Positions 1 through 8,838 of a DNA stretch of 32,000 bases are shown here, piece by piece; position 1 is the stretch's first letter, and every line of letters starts with the position of its first letter. The translations under genes were made by a program, and so were the position numbers. Under the pieces are notes generated by a model. It had not been told where the DNA came from, ran no database searches, and saw nothing but the letters and a program-made list of their open reading frames with translations. Origin of the DNA: Methylophaga frappieri (GTDB lineage: Bacteria > Pseudomonadota > Gammaproteobacteria > Nitrosococcales > Methylophagaceae); NCBI RefSeq assembly GCF_000260965.1, contig NC_017856.1:2190001-2222000 (forward strand), in the 5' to 3' direction.

Positions 1-342
1 AAACAACGGCTAAAACAAGGGATTTGGGTAGTGGTTTTTCCAGAAGGCACGCGCATACCGGTAAGGCAGCAAGGGCGTTTTGGTATTGGTGGCGCAAGGT
101 TGTCGGTTGAAGCTGGTGTACCGGTGGTGCCTGTTGCGCATAATGCCGGTTATTGCTGGCCGAAACGGGGCTTTTTAAAACACCCGGGGGTGATTAAGAT
201 GGTTATTGGCGCCAGTATTGAGACGAAGGATCAATCAGCGGCCGAAATTAACCATCAGGCAGAAATGTGGATGACGGCAACAATGACAGAGCTGGAGGGA
301 TTGCCGCCGGCAGTTACCCTAAAACGGGATAAAAAGGATTAA
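1..342 (+). CDS. plsC: 1-acyl-sn-glycerol-3-phosphate acyltransferase, C-terminal part (5' end lies outside the window)
   Basis: The frame is open from base 1. The translation ...KQGIWVVVFPEGTRIP... carries the acyltransferase FPEGTR block, followed by a VPVVPVA block. Stop TAA at 340-342. Confidence 0.7.
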   Translation, partial: KQRLKQGIWVVVFPEGTRIPVRQQGRFGIGGARLSVEAGVPVVPVAHNAGYCWPKRGFLKHPGVIKMVIGASIETKDQSAAEINHQAEMWMTATMTELEGLPPAVTLKRDKKD

Positions 343-344
343 CA

Positions 345-2420
345 GTGGCACGATCTGAAGGCATCCTGCGGTTACTGATTGTGGATGATTCGCTGACTGA
401 TAGTGAGGCGGTCATTAATGTGTTACGTAGTGCAGGCCATGCGGTTAGAGCAAACCGAGAGGATCGATTCGATGCGCTGGAGCAGGTACTGAGTAATCAA
501 ACCTGGGATTTGTTAATTTGCCGTGATCATCTGCCAAGTTTACCGCCACTGGACATCATTAATCTGGCACAGCGGTTAGGTAAAGATTTACCTTGTATCG
601 TGCTTTGTCAGGATCTCACATTATTGCCAGCACTGTTTCATGGCGGTGCCCATGATGTGGTCAGCTATCAGGATGTGGAGCGATTGCAATTTGCGGCGGC
701 GCGAGAAATTACCAGTTTACAGGTGCGCCGTTTGGCGCGGCGAAATGAACGTGCTTTGCGCGAGAGTGAAAAACGTTCTCAGGCGTTGTTAGAAAGTTCG
801 CGTGATGCGGTAGCCTATATGCATGAAGGCATGCATATTTATGTTAATCGGGCATATTTGAATCTATTTGGTTATGAAGAAGCAGAAGATATTGATGGCC
901 TGCCGATCCTCGATTTGATTGCGGCAGAAGATCACAATAAATTTAAAGCGGTGTTTCGTCAGTTTACCGAAACCGCCGATGCCTTACCTCAAACTGTGGC
1001 CGTGCAGTGTTTAAAAGAGGAAGGACACAGATTCAGCGCCAATATCGAATTTTCCCATGCGCGAGTTGAAGGCGAAGATTGCACACAGGTCGTTATTCGC
1101 GATGAATCGGTGTCGAGTGACGATAGCAACAAATTACAACTGCTGCGGGATCATGATTTATTGACCGGGCTGTATAGCCGTGCCCGATTTGAAGATGAAA
1201 TGGAAAAAGCGATTAGTGCTGCAGCAGAGGGGCGCGGTGATGCTGAATTGCTATTTATCGTGCTTGATGATTTCCAGGCCATCAAAGCCCAGGTTGGTCT
1301 TGGCACCAGTGATGTCGTGATCAAAAGCATCGCGGAGCTGCTGCGCCGTACTCTCATTGAAGGCGAAGTGTTAGGCCGTTATGCCGATCAGGTTTTTACA
1401 GTGATTGTGCCTAGCGCGAATGAGCGTGAAGTCGATCAGCGCGCTGAAATCTATCGACGCGTGGTTGATGATTATGTGTCTCAGGCGAATGGCAAAATTA
1501 TTGATCTGCACTGCAGTATCGGTATCAGTCGTATTACAGAGAATATTGCCAGTGCTGCAGCGGCATTGGAAAACGCGGACAGAGCTTGCGTTCGTGCGCA
1601 GCGAAGTGGCGGCAATCAAGTGGCCCGCTATCAACCAGACACGGAGACCGCTTCGGCATCCGCCCAGCAGTGGCAGACAGTGCTGCAGTCAGCGCTTAAG
1701 GAAAATAACTTTTTCCTTAATTTTCAACCTATTATCAGTCTTCATGGTCCAGAGCAAGAATTATATGAAGTCTTATTAAGACTCACCCTGCCTTCCGGAA
1801 AAACAATAAAGGCAGATGATTTTATTGCGTCTGCGGCGACTTTGGAGATCATGGCCGAAGTAGATAAATGGGTGATACGACAGGCATTACAAAGCCTGAA
1901 ACAAGTTCAGATCCCGCATCCTAAAACCCGTTTCTTTATCAAGTTGTCAGAGCAAACACTGCATGAAACCGGCTTTGTGGATTGGTTATCTGCCACATTG
2001 CAAGCGCATGACATCAAGGGAAGCGCACTGGTATTCGAGATTAGTGAAACCGCTGCGGTTGATAATCTGGAACAAAGTAAACAAACCATCAGTCGTCTGA
2101 AGGAAATTGGTTGCGAGTTTGGTTTGGAGCATTTTGGCAGTGGTATCGACTTCTCCCATAGTTTGACGATACTGGACGTTGATTATCTGAAAATTAACGG
2201 TAACTTTGTTGAGAATATGGCTCAGGACCCTGAAAATCAGACTGCAGTTAAAGCTATTATTGAAATGGCCCGCCAAGCGAAAAAATATTGCATTGCGGAA
2301 TTTGTCTCGGACGCAAACAGTTTGGCCCTGTTGTGGCGATTTGGCGTCGATTATGCGCAAGGCTACTACATCCAAGAGCCTGCAGCGGAACTCTACTATA
2401 ACTTTGATGATGAGGCCTGA
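345..2420 (+). CDS. fimX: FimX-like c-di-GMP sensor: pseudo-receiver, PAS, degenerate GGDEF and degenerate EAL domains (691 aa)
   Basis: GTG start 2 nt after the plsC stop. REC-like N-terminus (LLIVDDS...DLLICRD). PAS segment (LLESSRDAVAYMHEGMHIYVNRAYLNLFGY). The GGDEF position reads RYADQVF (1383-1397). The EAL position reads EVL (1767-1775). The DDFG, KID and EGVE catalytic motifs are replaced by EHFG, KIN and EFVS. From memory, the domain order, EVL motif and length match Pseudomonas/Xanthomonas FimX. Confidence 0.7.
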   Translation: MARSEGILRLLIVDDSLTDSEAVINVLRSAGHAVRANREDRFDALEQVLSNQTWDLLICRDHLPSLPPLDIINLAQRLGKDLPCIVLCQDLTLLPALFHGGAHDVVSYQDVERLQFAAAREITSLQVRRLARRNERALRESEKRSQALLESSRDAVAYMHEGMHIYVNRAYLNLFGYEEAEDIDGLPILDLIAAEDHNKFKAVFRQFTETADALPQTVAVQCLKEEGHRFSANIEFSHARVEGEDCTQVVIRDESVSSDDSNKLQLLRDHDLLTGLYSRARFEDEMEKAISAAAEGRGDAELLFIVLDDFQAIKAQVGLGTSDVVIKSIAELLRRTLIEGEVLGRYADQVFTVIVPSANEREVDQRAEIYRRVVDDYVSQANGKIIDLHCSIGISRITENIASAAAALENADRACVRAQRSGGNQVARYQPDTETASASAQQWQTVLQSALKENNFFLNFQPIISLHGPEQELYEVLLRLTLPSGKTIKADDFIASAATLEIMAEVDKWVIRQALQSLKQVQIPHPKTRFFIKLSEQTLHETGFVDWLSATLQAHDIKGSALVFEISETAAVDNLEQSKQTISRLKEIGCEFGLEHFGSGIDFSHSLTILDVDYLKINGNFVENMAQDPENQTAVKAIIEMARQAKKYCIAEFVSDANSLALLWRFGVDYAQGYYIQEPAAELYYNFDDEA

Positions 2421-2448
2421 TACGAGGTAAGTATCCTCCTCGTATCAG
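2417..2448. terminator. Hairpin between the convergent fimX and htpX genes (candidate bidirectional terminator)
   Basis: An 11-bp perfect stem, CTGATACGAGG (2417-2427) pairing with CCTCGTATCAG (2438-2448), with a 10-nt loop. It overlaps the fimX stop codon. There is no strong U-tract on either side. Confidence 0.45.
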
Positions 2449-2463
2449 ACTTATTCACAATGA

Positions 2464-3351
2464 TCACTGTTGCAGTGCTTCAATTCGCGATGCCAGTGGT
2501 GGATGGGTCATAAACAGTGCACTTAAGCCGCCGCGACCGCCCGATATGCCAAAAGCATGCAGTTGATCCGGTAACGGTTCGGTACTGGTGCCGGCGAGGC
2601 GTTTAAGTGCAGCAATCATCTTGGGAGCACCCACCAGGCTGGCAGCGCCGGCATCAGCACGATATTCGCGTTGGCGACTAAACCACATCACGATAATACT
2701 GGCCAGAATACCCAGCACCAGCTCCGCGATGATGGAGGTTATCCAAAATGCCGGGCCATGGCCGTTTTCCGTTTTAAACACAACACGATCAACCAAGTGA
2801 CCGACAACTCGGGACAAGAAGATCACAAAGGTGTTCACTACACCTTGAATTAATGCCATGGTCACCATATCACCGTTGGCAATATGACTAACTTCATGGG
2901 CCAGCACAGCTTCCACTTCCTCTTCAGTCATGGCCTGCATTAACCCCGTACTTACAGCAACCAATGCATTGTTACGGTTGGCACCCGTAGCGAAAGCATT
3001 GGGTTCGGGGGCATTGTAAATCGCGACTTCGGGCATGCCGATCCCCGCTTGCTTTGCTTGACGGGCTACAGTATCAAGTAGCCATTGCTCTGTGCGATTG
3101 CGAGGCTGTTGAATGACTTGGGCACCGGTCAGACGTTTTGCCGTCCATTTCGATATCAATAAGGAGATAATCGAACCACTGAAGCCCATGATGGCAGCCA
3201 TAATGAGCAGGGAATTAGTATCTAATCCACCTTGCGCGTCGAGCATGCCATCAATGCCAAATAATCGCATGGTGAAACTGAGCACTGCCAGTACCGCGAT
3301 ATTGGTCCCTAAAAAAAGCATTATGCGTGTCATTGTTATTTTCTCCGACAA
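2464..3351 (-). CDS. htpX: Zinc metalloprotease HtpX (M48 family, membrane heat-shock protease)
   Basis: 295 aa with hydrophobic N-terminal segments, an [10 protein letters not shown] (HExxH) motif and the C-terminal tail [12 protein letters not shown] typical of HtpX. Confidence 0.9.
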   Translation of the reverse strand: MSEKITMTRIMLFLGTNIAVLAVLSFTMRLFGIDGMLDAQGGLDTNSLLIMAAIMGFSGSIISLLISKWTAKRLTGAQVIQQPRNRTEQWLLDTVARQAKQAGIGMPEVAIYNAPEPNAFATGANRNNALVAVSTGLMQAMTEEEVEAVLAHEVSHIANGDMVTMALIQGVVNTFVIFLSRVVGHLVDRVVFKTENGHGPAFWITSIIAELVLGILASIIVMWFSRQREYRADAGAASLVGAPKMIAALKRLAGTSTEPLPDQLHAFGISGGRGGLSALFMTHPPLASRIEALQQ

Positions 3352-3393
3352 ATTATTATTGTTGTGATGTAAATGGTGTTGCTGATGTCCTTT

Positions 3394-4494
3394 TCAATAG
3401 TTCAGACATTGTATTTGCAGTTCTGTTGCCAAGCGATGACAGTAAGGTAAAAGTGCAGCAAGCGACGTCTTTACGGGATAAAGAAAGCTGCACAAAATAT
3501 GGTTCTCAGGAATCCGCTGTCCAACCGGTGGTAAATCATGACAGTTAGCCGGCCAGTTAAACTGGTCTGGGATGCGAATAGGTCTTGCCGTAAAACAATA
3601 ATAGAGTAGCTGGGGCGGACAAACTGGCAGCGCTGGCAGGCTTGGCAGTTGTCCCTGACAAGCATCGAGATGCCATTGAATCAGGGGCCACGTGATTGGC
3701 AGGCATTGCATGCTGGCGGAAGGACGTGGATTGATTTCCAGAATATGAATCTGGCCTTGCTTATCTATTATAAAATCCAGCGAACAAAAGCCGCGCAATG
3801 ACAGCGCTTCGGTCAGTTGTTGGCAATAATCAGTTAGCAATCGTTGCTGCGCAGTGTCTAAATCCAGCTGATTGGTGATGGCCAGTAATTGAAAGTCATG
3901 TTGGGATGTATTGCGACAGATCTGTTCATTAAAACTCATGATCTGACAGCGCTGACCATTGGCTAAAAATAATACTGAGGCGCTGCGTCCCTGGAGCCGG
4001 CGTTGATAATATTCCTGATTTTCAAGACAACGATTTGCAGGAAAAATGTGTGTGCCGCCCCAAGCAGGCCAGCGTTTTATCAGCCAGTGTTGAGGATCTG
4101 TAGGCGGGGTTAGCTGCGTGTCAGGTGTTGCGATATTCAGAGACTGCGTTAATTTTTGCCAAGCCGGATGCCTCAGATGGGGCAAACAGTGTGCTGGTAG
4201 CGTATTGGCAAGCCGAAGGTATGCTGGCAGAACAATATCGAACAGTGCTTCAAAACCGGTTGTAAAGATAAGGGTTGCCGGCTGCTGATCTGATAATTGC
4301 GCAATGCATTCATTAAGTTCTTCAGAATTATCTACTGCCAGGTCAGGCAGCGGTAACCATTTGTCCGCGACCGCACGGGTATCTGTATCGCCAAAGGCAT
4401 CCGCAACACGAACAGAGTAGCCTGAACGTGTTGCGGCTTCAGCGAAAAACCGGCCGCTTTGGCCGATAATGAGTAGACGGGGTTTACAGGTCAG
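3394..4494 (-). CDS. ATP-grasp family protein of the H4MPT-linked C1-transfer gene island (orf5/COG2232-like carboligase); start codon uncertain
   Basis: The C-terminal part (track ORF 3394-4185) has an ATP-grasp signature (FCSLDFIIDKQGQIHILEINPRPSASM). The same frame stays open up to 4497 and encodes a convincing pre-ATP-grasp domain (KPRLLIIGQSGRFFAEAATRSGYSVRVADAFGDTDT...). That stretch contains no ATG, GTG or TTG. The only candidate starts are CTG at 4494-4492 and ATT at 4470-4468. Confidence 0.6.
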   Translation of the reverse strand: MTCKPRLLIIGQSGRFFAEAATRSGYSVRVADAFGDTDTRAVADKWLPLPDLAVDNSEELNECIAQLSDQQPATLIFTTGFEALFDIVLPAYLRLANTLPAHCLPHLRHPAWQKLTQSLNIATPDTQLTPPTDPQHWLIKRWPAWGGTHIFPANRCLENQEYYQRRLQGRSASVLFLANGQRCQIMSFNEQICRNTSQHDFQLLAITNQLDLDTAQQRLLTDYCQQLTEALSLRGFCSLDFIIDKQGQIHILEINPRPSASMQCLPITWPLIQWHLDACQGQLPSLPALPVCPPQLLYYCFTARPIRIPDQFNWPANCHDLPPVGQRIPENHILCSFLYPVKTSLAALLPYCHRLATELQIQCLNY

Positions 4495-4497
4495 ACG

Positions 4498-5404
4498 TCA
4501 AACCAGCTTTCGCGCCCCATCAAAGGCATTGCGAAAATCGAGGTAAACAGCTTTATCACTCTCCAGAGTTTCCTTGAGCAAGGCCTGCTGTAATTTATAT
4601 TTAATATTACCGACCGCCAGAGCACCAATACCTACGGCATCTGGAGCATTGGTCGCAAATTTGAGTGGCTCGCCATCATGCATCAATTCCAGTCCTTCGA
4701 TACCAAGTGGCGCCACCGCGTTTACATCACCGGCAACCTTAAGGTTTCTTGCGTCTTCAAGTACGGAAGCACTGAGCACTTGTACACCTGCTTTAGCAGT
4801 GCAGAAAACGACGTCAGCGGTACTGAGCAAACGCGCCTTATCCGCATCAGAAGCGGCGGTAGTTGCTTTTAGATCAACGCCATAACGTTTTTTCATTTCT
4901 GCAGCAAGTTCCAACGCGGTATCAATCGAAAAATGATCGACAATCGTCGTGTCAGTGCCTTGCTGAGCGGCAATGACAGCTGTGGCCAGACCGACAGGAC
5001 CGGTGCCACCAAAGACCACGGCTTTACAATTTTTATAATCCTGATTGAAATGCTTTTTTAACTCACGTTCGACACAGGCGACCAGTGCTGCAGCAGTTGT
5101 GAACGCGCCACTGGGATCAGCCATCACAGAAATTTCAAAGGGCGGCGACATCGCTTTTTTGGCAGCATCCAGCATATCCATTGCCAGTCCAATATCCCGT
5201 CCACCGATAAACATGCCGGTTTTTTTTACGCCGGCAGGACCACGAGAAAAAAATCGCATCCTGAGTCAGCCCTGCCACCTCTTTAAGCTCGACATGACTA
5301 TAAGGGATTAAGGCATCGTAGCCGGCATCCAGTGCCATATTGATGTCGAAAGGACTATTATGCTTCATGGGGTTAAGCATATGAATAATGGGACGTTTAG
5401 CCAT
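4498..5404 (-). pseudogene. mtdB: Methylene-H4MPT dehydrogenase MtdB, split by a 1-nt insertion in a homopolymer run
   Basis: Track ORFs 5135-5404 (MAKRPIIHMLNPMKHNSPFDINMALDAGYDALIPY...GLTQDAIF) and 4498-5259 (...SRGPAGVKKTGMFIGGRDIGLAMDML...) are the N- and C-terminal parts of one MtdB-type protein. They join at the A7 run on the plus strand (5247-5253). Removing one base gives DAIFSRGPAG, which matches the family consensus. The total of 907 nt is not a multiple of 3. Confidence 0.8.
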
Positions 5405-6416
5405 GGTGACTCCTTAATTGAGTAAATGGGGTTTCCGGACAATCACGGATAATTTGAGCGGGTTTTTGGGTGGCAGCGGTAACATGAAATTGCAAACCTC
5501 GCATTTCCGTTTGCTGGCATTGCGCCTCAAGTGCCGCTTTAAGCGTTGTAGCCGCTTCGGGGCTATCGACAAAAACACAGCCAGTCGGCCCCCAAGAGCT
5601 TTGCGCAATGCCTCGATGCCCCATATTTCGTGCAAGATGCAGGAGTTGTGCGACGCGAGGACTGGTAAATTGACCACCTTGTGCTGGCGCGAAATATTCA
5701 CCGATTAAGGATTGAATATCAGTAATCGCGGCGCCAAATGCATCAATATTAGCCTCAACCAGCGCAGGCAATAATTGCATCAATGTGAGGTGACAGATTG
5801 CTTGGCTGTCAGTCGCTGAAAATCGTGGCAGTGTGGTAAAAGCCTTTTTTTCAGCTTGACCATGCACGCCTTGGTAATGCGGATCCATAATGAGCAAAAT
5901 TCGCCAGGATTCCGGAAAAGCATGATGCATTAACAAGGGCGGTACATCGCTGCTATCTGCGAGTCCGCCATCAACGACAAAACCACCACGCTCAAAGGTA
6001 TTAATACCGATACCAGAACGTTTGCCTCGTCCTGTCAGTTGGGCAATTTGACTGCTGTTTAAGGTGACACCATAAAATGCTGCCAGTGCATGACCGAGCG
6101 AAATGGCAAGTTGCGTCCCTGAGCCTAATCCGGCATGTTCGGGAATCATTTCTTGCAATTGAATATGCGGTGATATTGACTGGCCTGGACGGTGTTGCTG
6201 AAGTCGGGCAATAATCTGCTCCGCCAATGTCTGAACCTTCAAACCTATCGCTTCATTTGCCTGACCAGTGATTTGCAGGTGATCACCAGGATGCACTTGT
6301 AGTCTGACTCGATGGCTGTCGATAGCCATCCCAATGCTGCCGTAACGACGCCCAAGGTTCGCGCCCAGATCCAGAAAACCCAGGTGTAATCGCGCTGGCG
6401 CAGTCACTGTTATCAT
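5397..6416 (-). CDS. mptG: Beta-ribofuranosylaminobenzene 5'-phosphate (RFAP) synthase, GHMP-kinase fold, methanopterin biosynthesis
   Basis: 339 aa. The N-terminus ITVTAPARLHLGFLDLGANLGRRYGSIGMAID and the GHMP motif PEHAGLGSGTQLA fit the family. Its 3' end overlaps the mtdB start by 8 nt, and it lies between the two mtd genes. Confidence 0.75.
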   Translation of the reverse strand: MITVTAPARLHLGFLDLGANLGRRYGSIGMAIDSHRVRLQVHPGDHLQITGQANEAIGLKVQTLAEQIIARLQQHRPGQSISPHIQLQEMIPEHAGLGSGTQLAISLGHALAAFYGVTLNSSQIAQLTGRGKRSGIGINTFERGGFVVDGGLADSSDVPPLLMHHAFPESWRILLIMDPHYQGVHGQAEKKAFTTLPRFSATDSQAICHLTLMQLLPALVEANIDAFGAAITDIQSLIGEYFAPAQGGQFTSPRVAQLLHLARNMGHRGIAQSSWGPTGCVFVDSPEAATTLKAALEAQCQQTEMRGLQFHVTAATQKPAQIIRDCPETPFTQLRSHHG

Positions 6417-6450
6417 GAGGCTACTCGCAGGACAGAACCATTATTCATGT

Positions 6451-7317
6451 TTAAGATGCTTTATCGATCTTGCAGGCAATATCATAGAGCGTGGTTTCAT
6501 CGAGAAAAACATCATTGCTCTCAAACAGGGAAGCGATAGCGCCACGGTGAATTTTCATCTTGAAATTACCAATAGCAATGGCACCATAAAAACGAACTCC
6601 CTGTTTTTCTACCCCGTCATCCATGACTTCCAGGCCCTCTACGCCAAGCGGTGGCACAGCGTTCACATCCGCAATGACTTCCAATGACTTACTCTGCTGC
6701 CAGACCGTTTCGGGAACGATACAAACACCAGCAGGACCCGCAGCGATGGCAACGTGCGTATCGGCTAGTAATTTTGCGACAGCTTCATCGCTGCGCGTTT
6801 CACCGGGAATGACATCGACTTGATAAGCCTTTTTCATCTGAGCAGCGGTTGATTTGCTGCGTTCAAGACTACGCGAGGTCAGTACCACTTCTCCCGCCCC
6901 TTCTTGTAAAAGATATAGTGCAGTGCGTTGGCCAACCGGTCCGGCACCCAAAATAACTACTTTCTTGCCTCGGATGTCATAGTTGTTCATGACTTTGCGC
7001 GCAATCGCGGCGGCCGTTGTATTAGAGCCGTTAGGATCGAGCATCACGGAAACCCGGACTGGCCCAAAAAAAGCATTTTTTACGGCGTCACCAACACGAT
7101 CGCTGGCAGCGACATTGGATCCTCCAATGAAAATAGCGCTATTTTTGAGGTTTTTACCGCCACGGGTAAAAATCATACCGTGAACATGCGACGTCACATT
7201 ATCTCTAGTCGCATTACCATGGGCGATGATGTTATCGACACCAGAGTCGTAAGCTACAGCCTGATCAAATGTGCTTGCGACAGGGTCGGTATCAAGGTGC
7301 AGTAACAGTTTTTTCAT
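6451..7317 (-). CDS. mtdA: NADP-dependent methylene-H4MPT/methylene-H4F dehydrogenase, MtdA type
   Basis: MKKLLLHLDTD...GNATRDNV...IFTRGGKNLKNSAIFIGG...FFGPVRVSVMLDPNGSNTTAAA...ADVNAVPPLG is co-linear with MtdA as I recall it from Methylobacterium. The ATG at 7317 gives 288 aa and has a GGAAG Shine-Dalgarno sequence upstream. The track's earlier start at 7335 is less likely. Confidence 0.8.
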   Translation of the reverse strand: MKKLLLHLDTDPVASTFDQAVAYDSGVDNIIAHGNATRDNVTSHVHGMIFTRGGKNLKNSAIFIGGSNVAASDRVGDAVKNAFFGPVRVSVMLDPNGSNTTAAAIARKVMNNYDIRGKKVVILGAGPVGQRTALYLLQEGAGEVVLTSRSLERSKSTAAQMKKAYQVDVIPGETRSDEAVAKLLADTHVAIAAGPAGVCIVPETVWQQSKSLEVIADVNAVPPLGVEGLEVMDDGVEKQGVRFYGAIAIGNFKMKIHRGAIASLFESNDVFLDETTLYDIACKIDKAS

Positions 7318-7520
7318 GTTATTTCTTCCGGACACTGTTATTTGAAATTGTTATTAGGTAAGGATTTTACCTTATCTCAGGAAGCGGGGGAAAATTGAGT
7401 TTAAGAAAGTGGTTGCTTAAAGAATGTGGTCTGGTTTAACGTTGGCGTTATGGATTAAGGAACTATAGTTTTAAGGTCAATGTCCCAAGTTTTCAATAAT
7501 ATTAATGAAGGAAGAGTGAA

Positions 7521-7883
7521 ATGAGGAAATTCAGCGTATTAGTTTTGGCTACAGGAATGATATTACCAACTATTGGATCGGCTCATGATCACAATGTACA
7601 AGATTTCTCTACTGTGACTAAAGTTCATTACGTTCAGGATTGTATGACTGCTAATGGAGACATGAATGTTTATGAAAGTGTCTATAAATGTTCCTGTGTT
7701 ATCGATGCCATTGACGCTGCTTTTACTGAAACCGAGTTTGATGATATCAGTACCGGGTATATGTATCGAAATTTACCAGCGGATCGAGGCGCGCAATTTC
7801 GAGATGATAAGAAATTGAATGAAGTCTCCGACAAATTTGATGAAGTCATTGCGGCTGCGTACAAAGATTGTCGGTTACAATGA
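7521..7883 (+). CDS. Small secreted hypothetical protein (120 aa, four Cys)
   Basis: GGAAGAG ribosome-binding site, signal peptide MRKFSVLVLATGMILPTIGSA, and a strong terminator immediately downstream. I recognise no family. Confidence 0.55.
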   Translation: MRKFSVLVLATGMILPTIGSAHDHNVQDFSTVTKVHYVQDCMTANGDMNVYESVYKCSCVIDAIDAAFTETEFDDISTGYMYRNLPADRGAQFRDDKKLNEVSDKFDEVIAAAYKDCRLQ

Positions 7884-7895
7884 GGTTTTAAAACT

Positions 7896-7928
7896 AAAAA
7901 AATGCCAGTCATTACTGGCATTTTTTTT
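7896..7928. terminator. Bidirectional rho-independent terminator
   Basis: Stem TGCCAGT (7903-7909) pairing with ACTGGCA (7914-7920), loop CATT, flanked by an A7 run upstream and a T8 run downstream. It lies between the convergent 120-aa gene and the carrier operon. Confidence 0.8.
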
Positions 7929-7967
7929 GCGCAAGTAAAGCCTTGAATCTTGATGTTTATTTCAAAC

Positions 7968-8759
7968 TCATATCGTTTTTTCAGAGTTAAATGTCATGTC
8001 TTTACTATCCCTTACAAAAGCCTTAAGCGTACCTTCTTCGCGAGGCGTAAAAACGAAACGAACACTTGGATCTTCGCTAATTGAAATTCCCGCATCAATT
8101 TGAATCAAGCTTTTTCCATTAAATTGAATATCAATATGATCCACATAGTGTGCATTAATATAGCGTCGATTTTTCTGATCAAATTGTAAACCGCTATAAT
8201 TTGGGTGGCTCACAATAACTTGAGCATGAACGGGCTCGTTCAGTTGTGGCTGTCGCATTCTAATTTGCATTTGACCAAGTCGTGCTTGTGCGGCGGCGGC
8301 ATCTTTCCCCGCAGGCGCGCTACAACCTCCAGATGCCTTAACAAAGCGGCTGACCATGTGCAATGAGTTATCGTTCATTTCAGCGATAACACGCATGTCC
8401 GTATATTGATCAACGCGAACACGAGTACTTATCTCAACATCAGTCATCTCAGGGTTTAAATGGAAGTTGGCCGAGTATGGATCAGGATTATTATCAATAA
8501 TTAAATGAATGTTTTTAATGTAGGTTGTTTCGGTTTGCGGTTTTAACAATTTAATCGTTATGGGAACAATTGCGGCATCTTCGGCTCTCTTGGGGGCGTC
8601 GAGACTAATCAGATCATTTGCATCCTCTCGGATATCACGTCCCTCAAAATGAATCTCTTTTAATATTGGCCACATCGGCTCCTTTGGCGTGTCAGCTTGA
8701 GCAGGCAGAGTTAAGGACACACAAATGCTGACTATTAATAAGCAGAAGCGTTTAAACAT
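7968..8759 (-). CDS. Periplasmic SoxY-SoxZ fusion protein (quinoprotein-dehydrogenase-associated SoxYZ-like carrier), copy A
   Basis: ATG at 8759 with a GGGAGAG ribosome-binding site, and a signal peptide. SoxY-like LDAPKRAEDAAIVPITI. Internal GGCSAPAGKD, with the Cys codon at 8322-8324. SoxZ-like VSHPNYSGLQFD...GISISEDPSVRFVFTP. Confidence 0.75.
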   Translation of the reverse strand: MFKRFCLLIVSICVSLTLPAQADTPKEPMWPILKEIHFEGRDIREDANDLISLDAPKRAEDAAIVPITIKLLKPQTETTYIKNIHLIIDNNPDPYSANFHLNPEMTDVEISTRVRVDQYTDMRVIAEMNDNSLHMVSRFVKASGGCSAPAGKDAAAAQARLGQMQIRMRQPQLNEPVHAQVIVSHPNYSGLQFDQKNRRYINAHYVDHIDIQFNGKSLIQIDAGISISEDPSVRFVFTPREEGTLKAFVRDSKDMTFNSEKTI

Positions 8760-8838
8760 ATCTTTCTCTCCCAAAGAAAATGATTAGCTATTATTTAGGA
8801 TAACCTTTTTTAGGATTAGTTCCTGTATATTTTTGGGA

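Noticed and set aside
5247-5253. Programmed +1 frameshifting or transcriptional slippage as the primary explanation for the mtdB T7 run.
   Set aside because: There is no recognisable stimulatory element. A second, non-slippery 1-nt indel in the hydrolase gene makes sequencing error or mutation the simpler explanation. It is retained only as an alternative in the finding.
5135-5404. The 89-aa ORF here and the 65-aa ORF at 10371-10568, considered as independent small genes.
   Set aside because: Each is the N-terminal fragment of the larger downstream gene (mtdB and the MBL hydrolase respectively). In both, the family-typical sequence stops exactly where the other frame picks it up.
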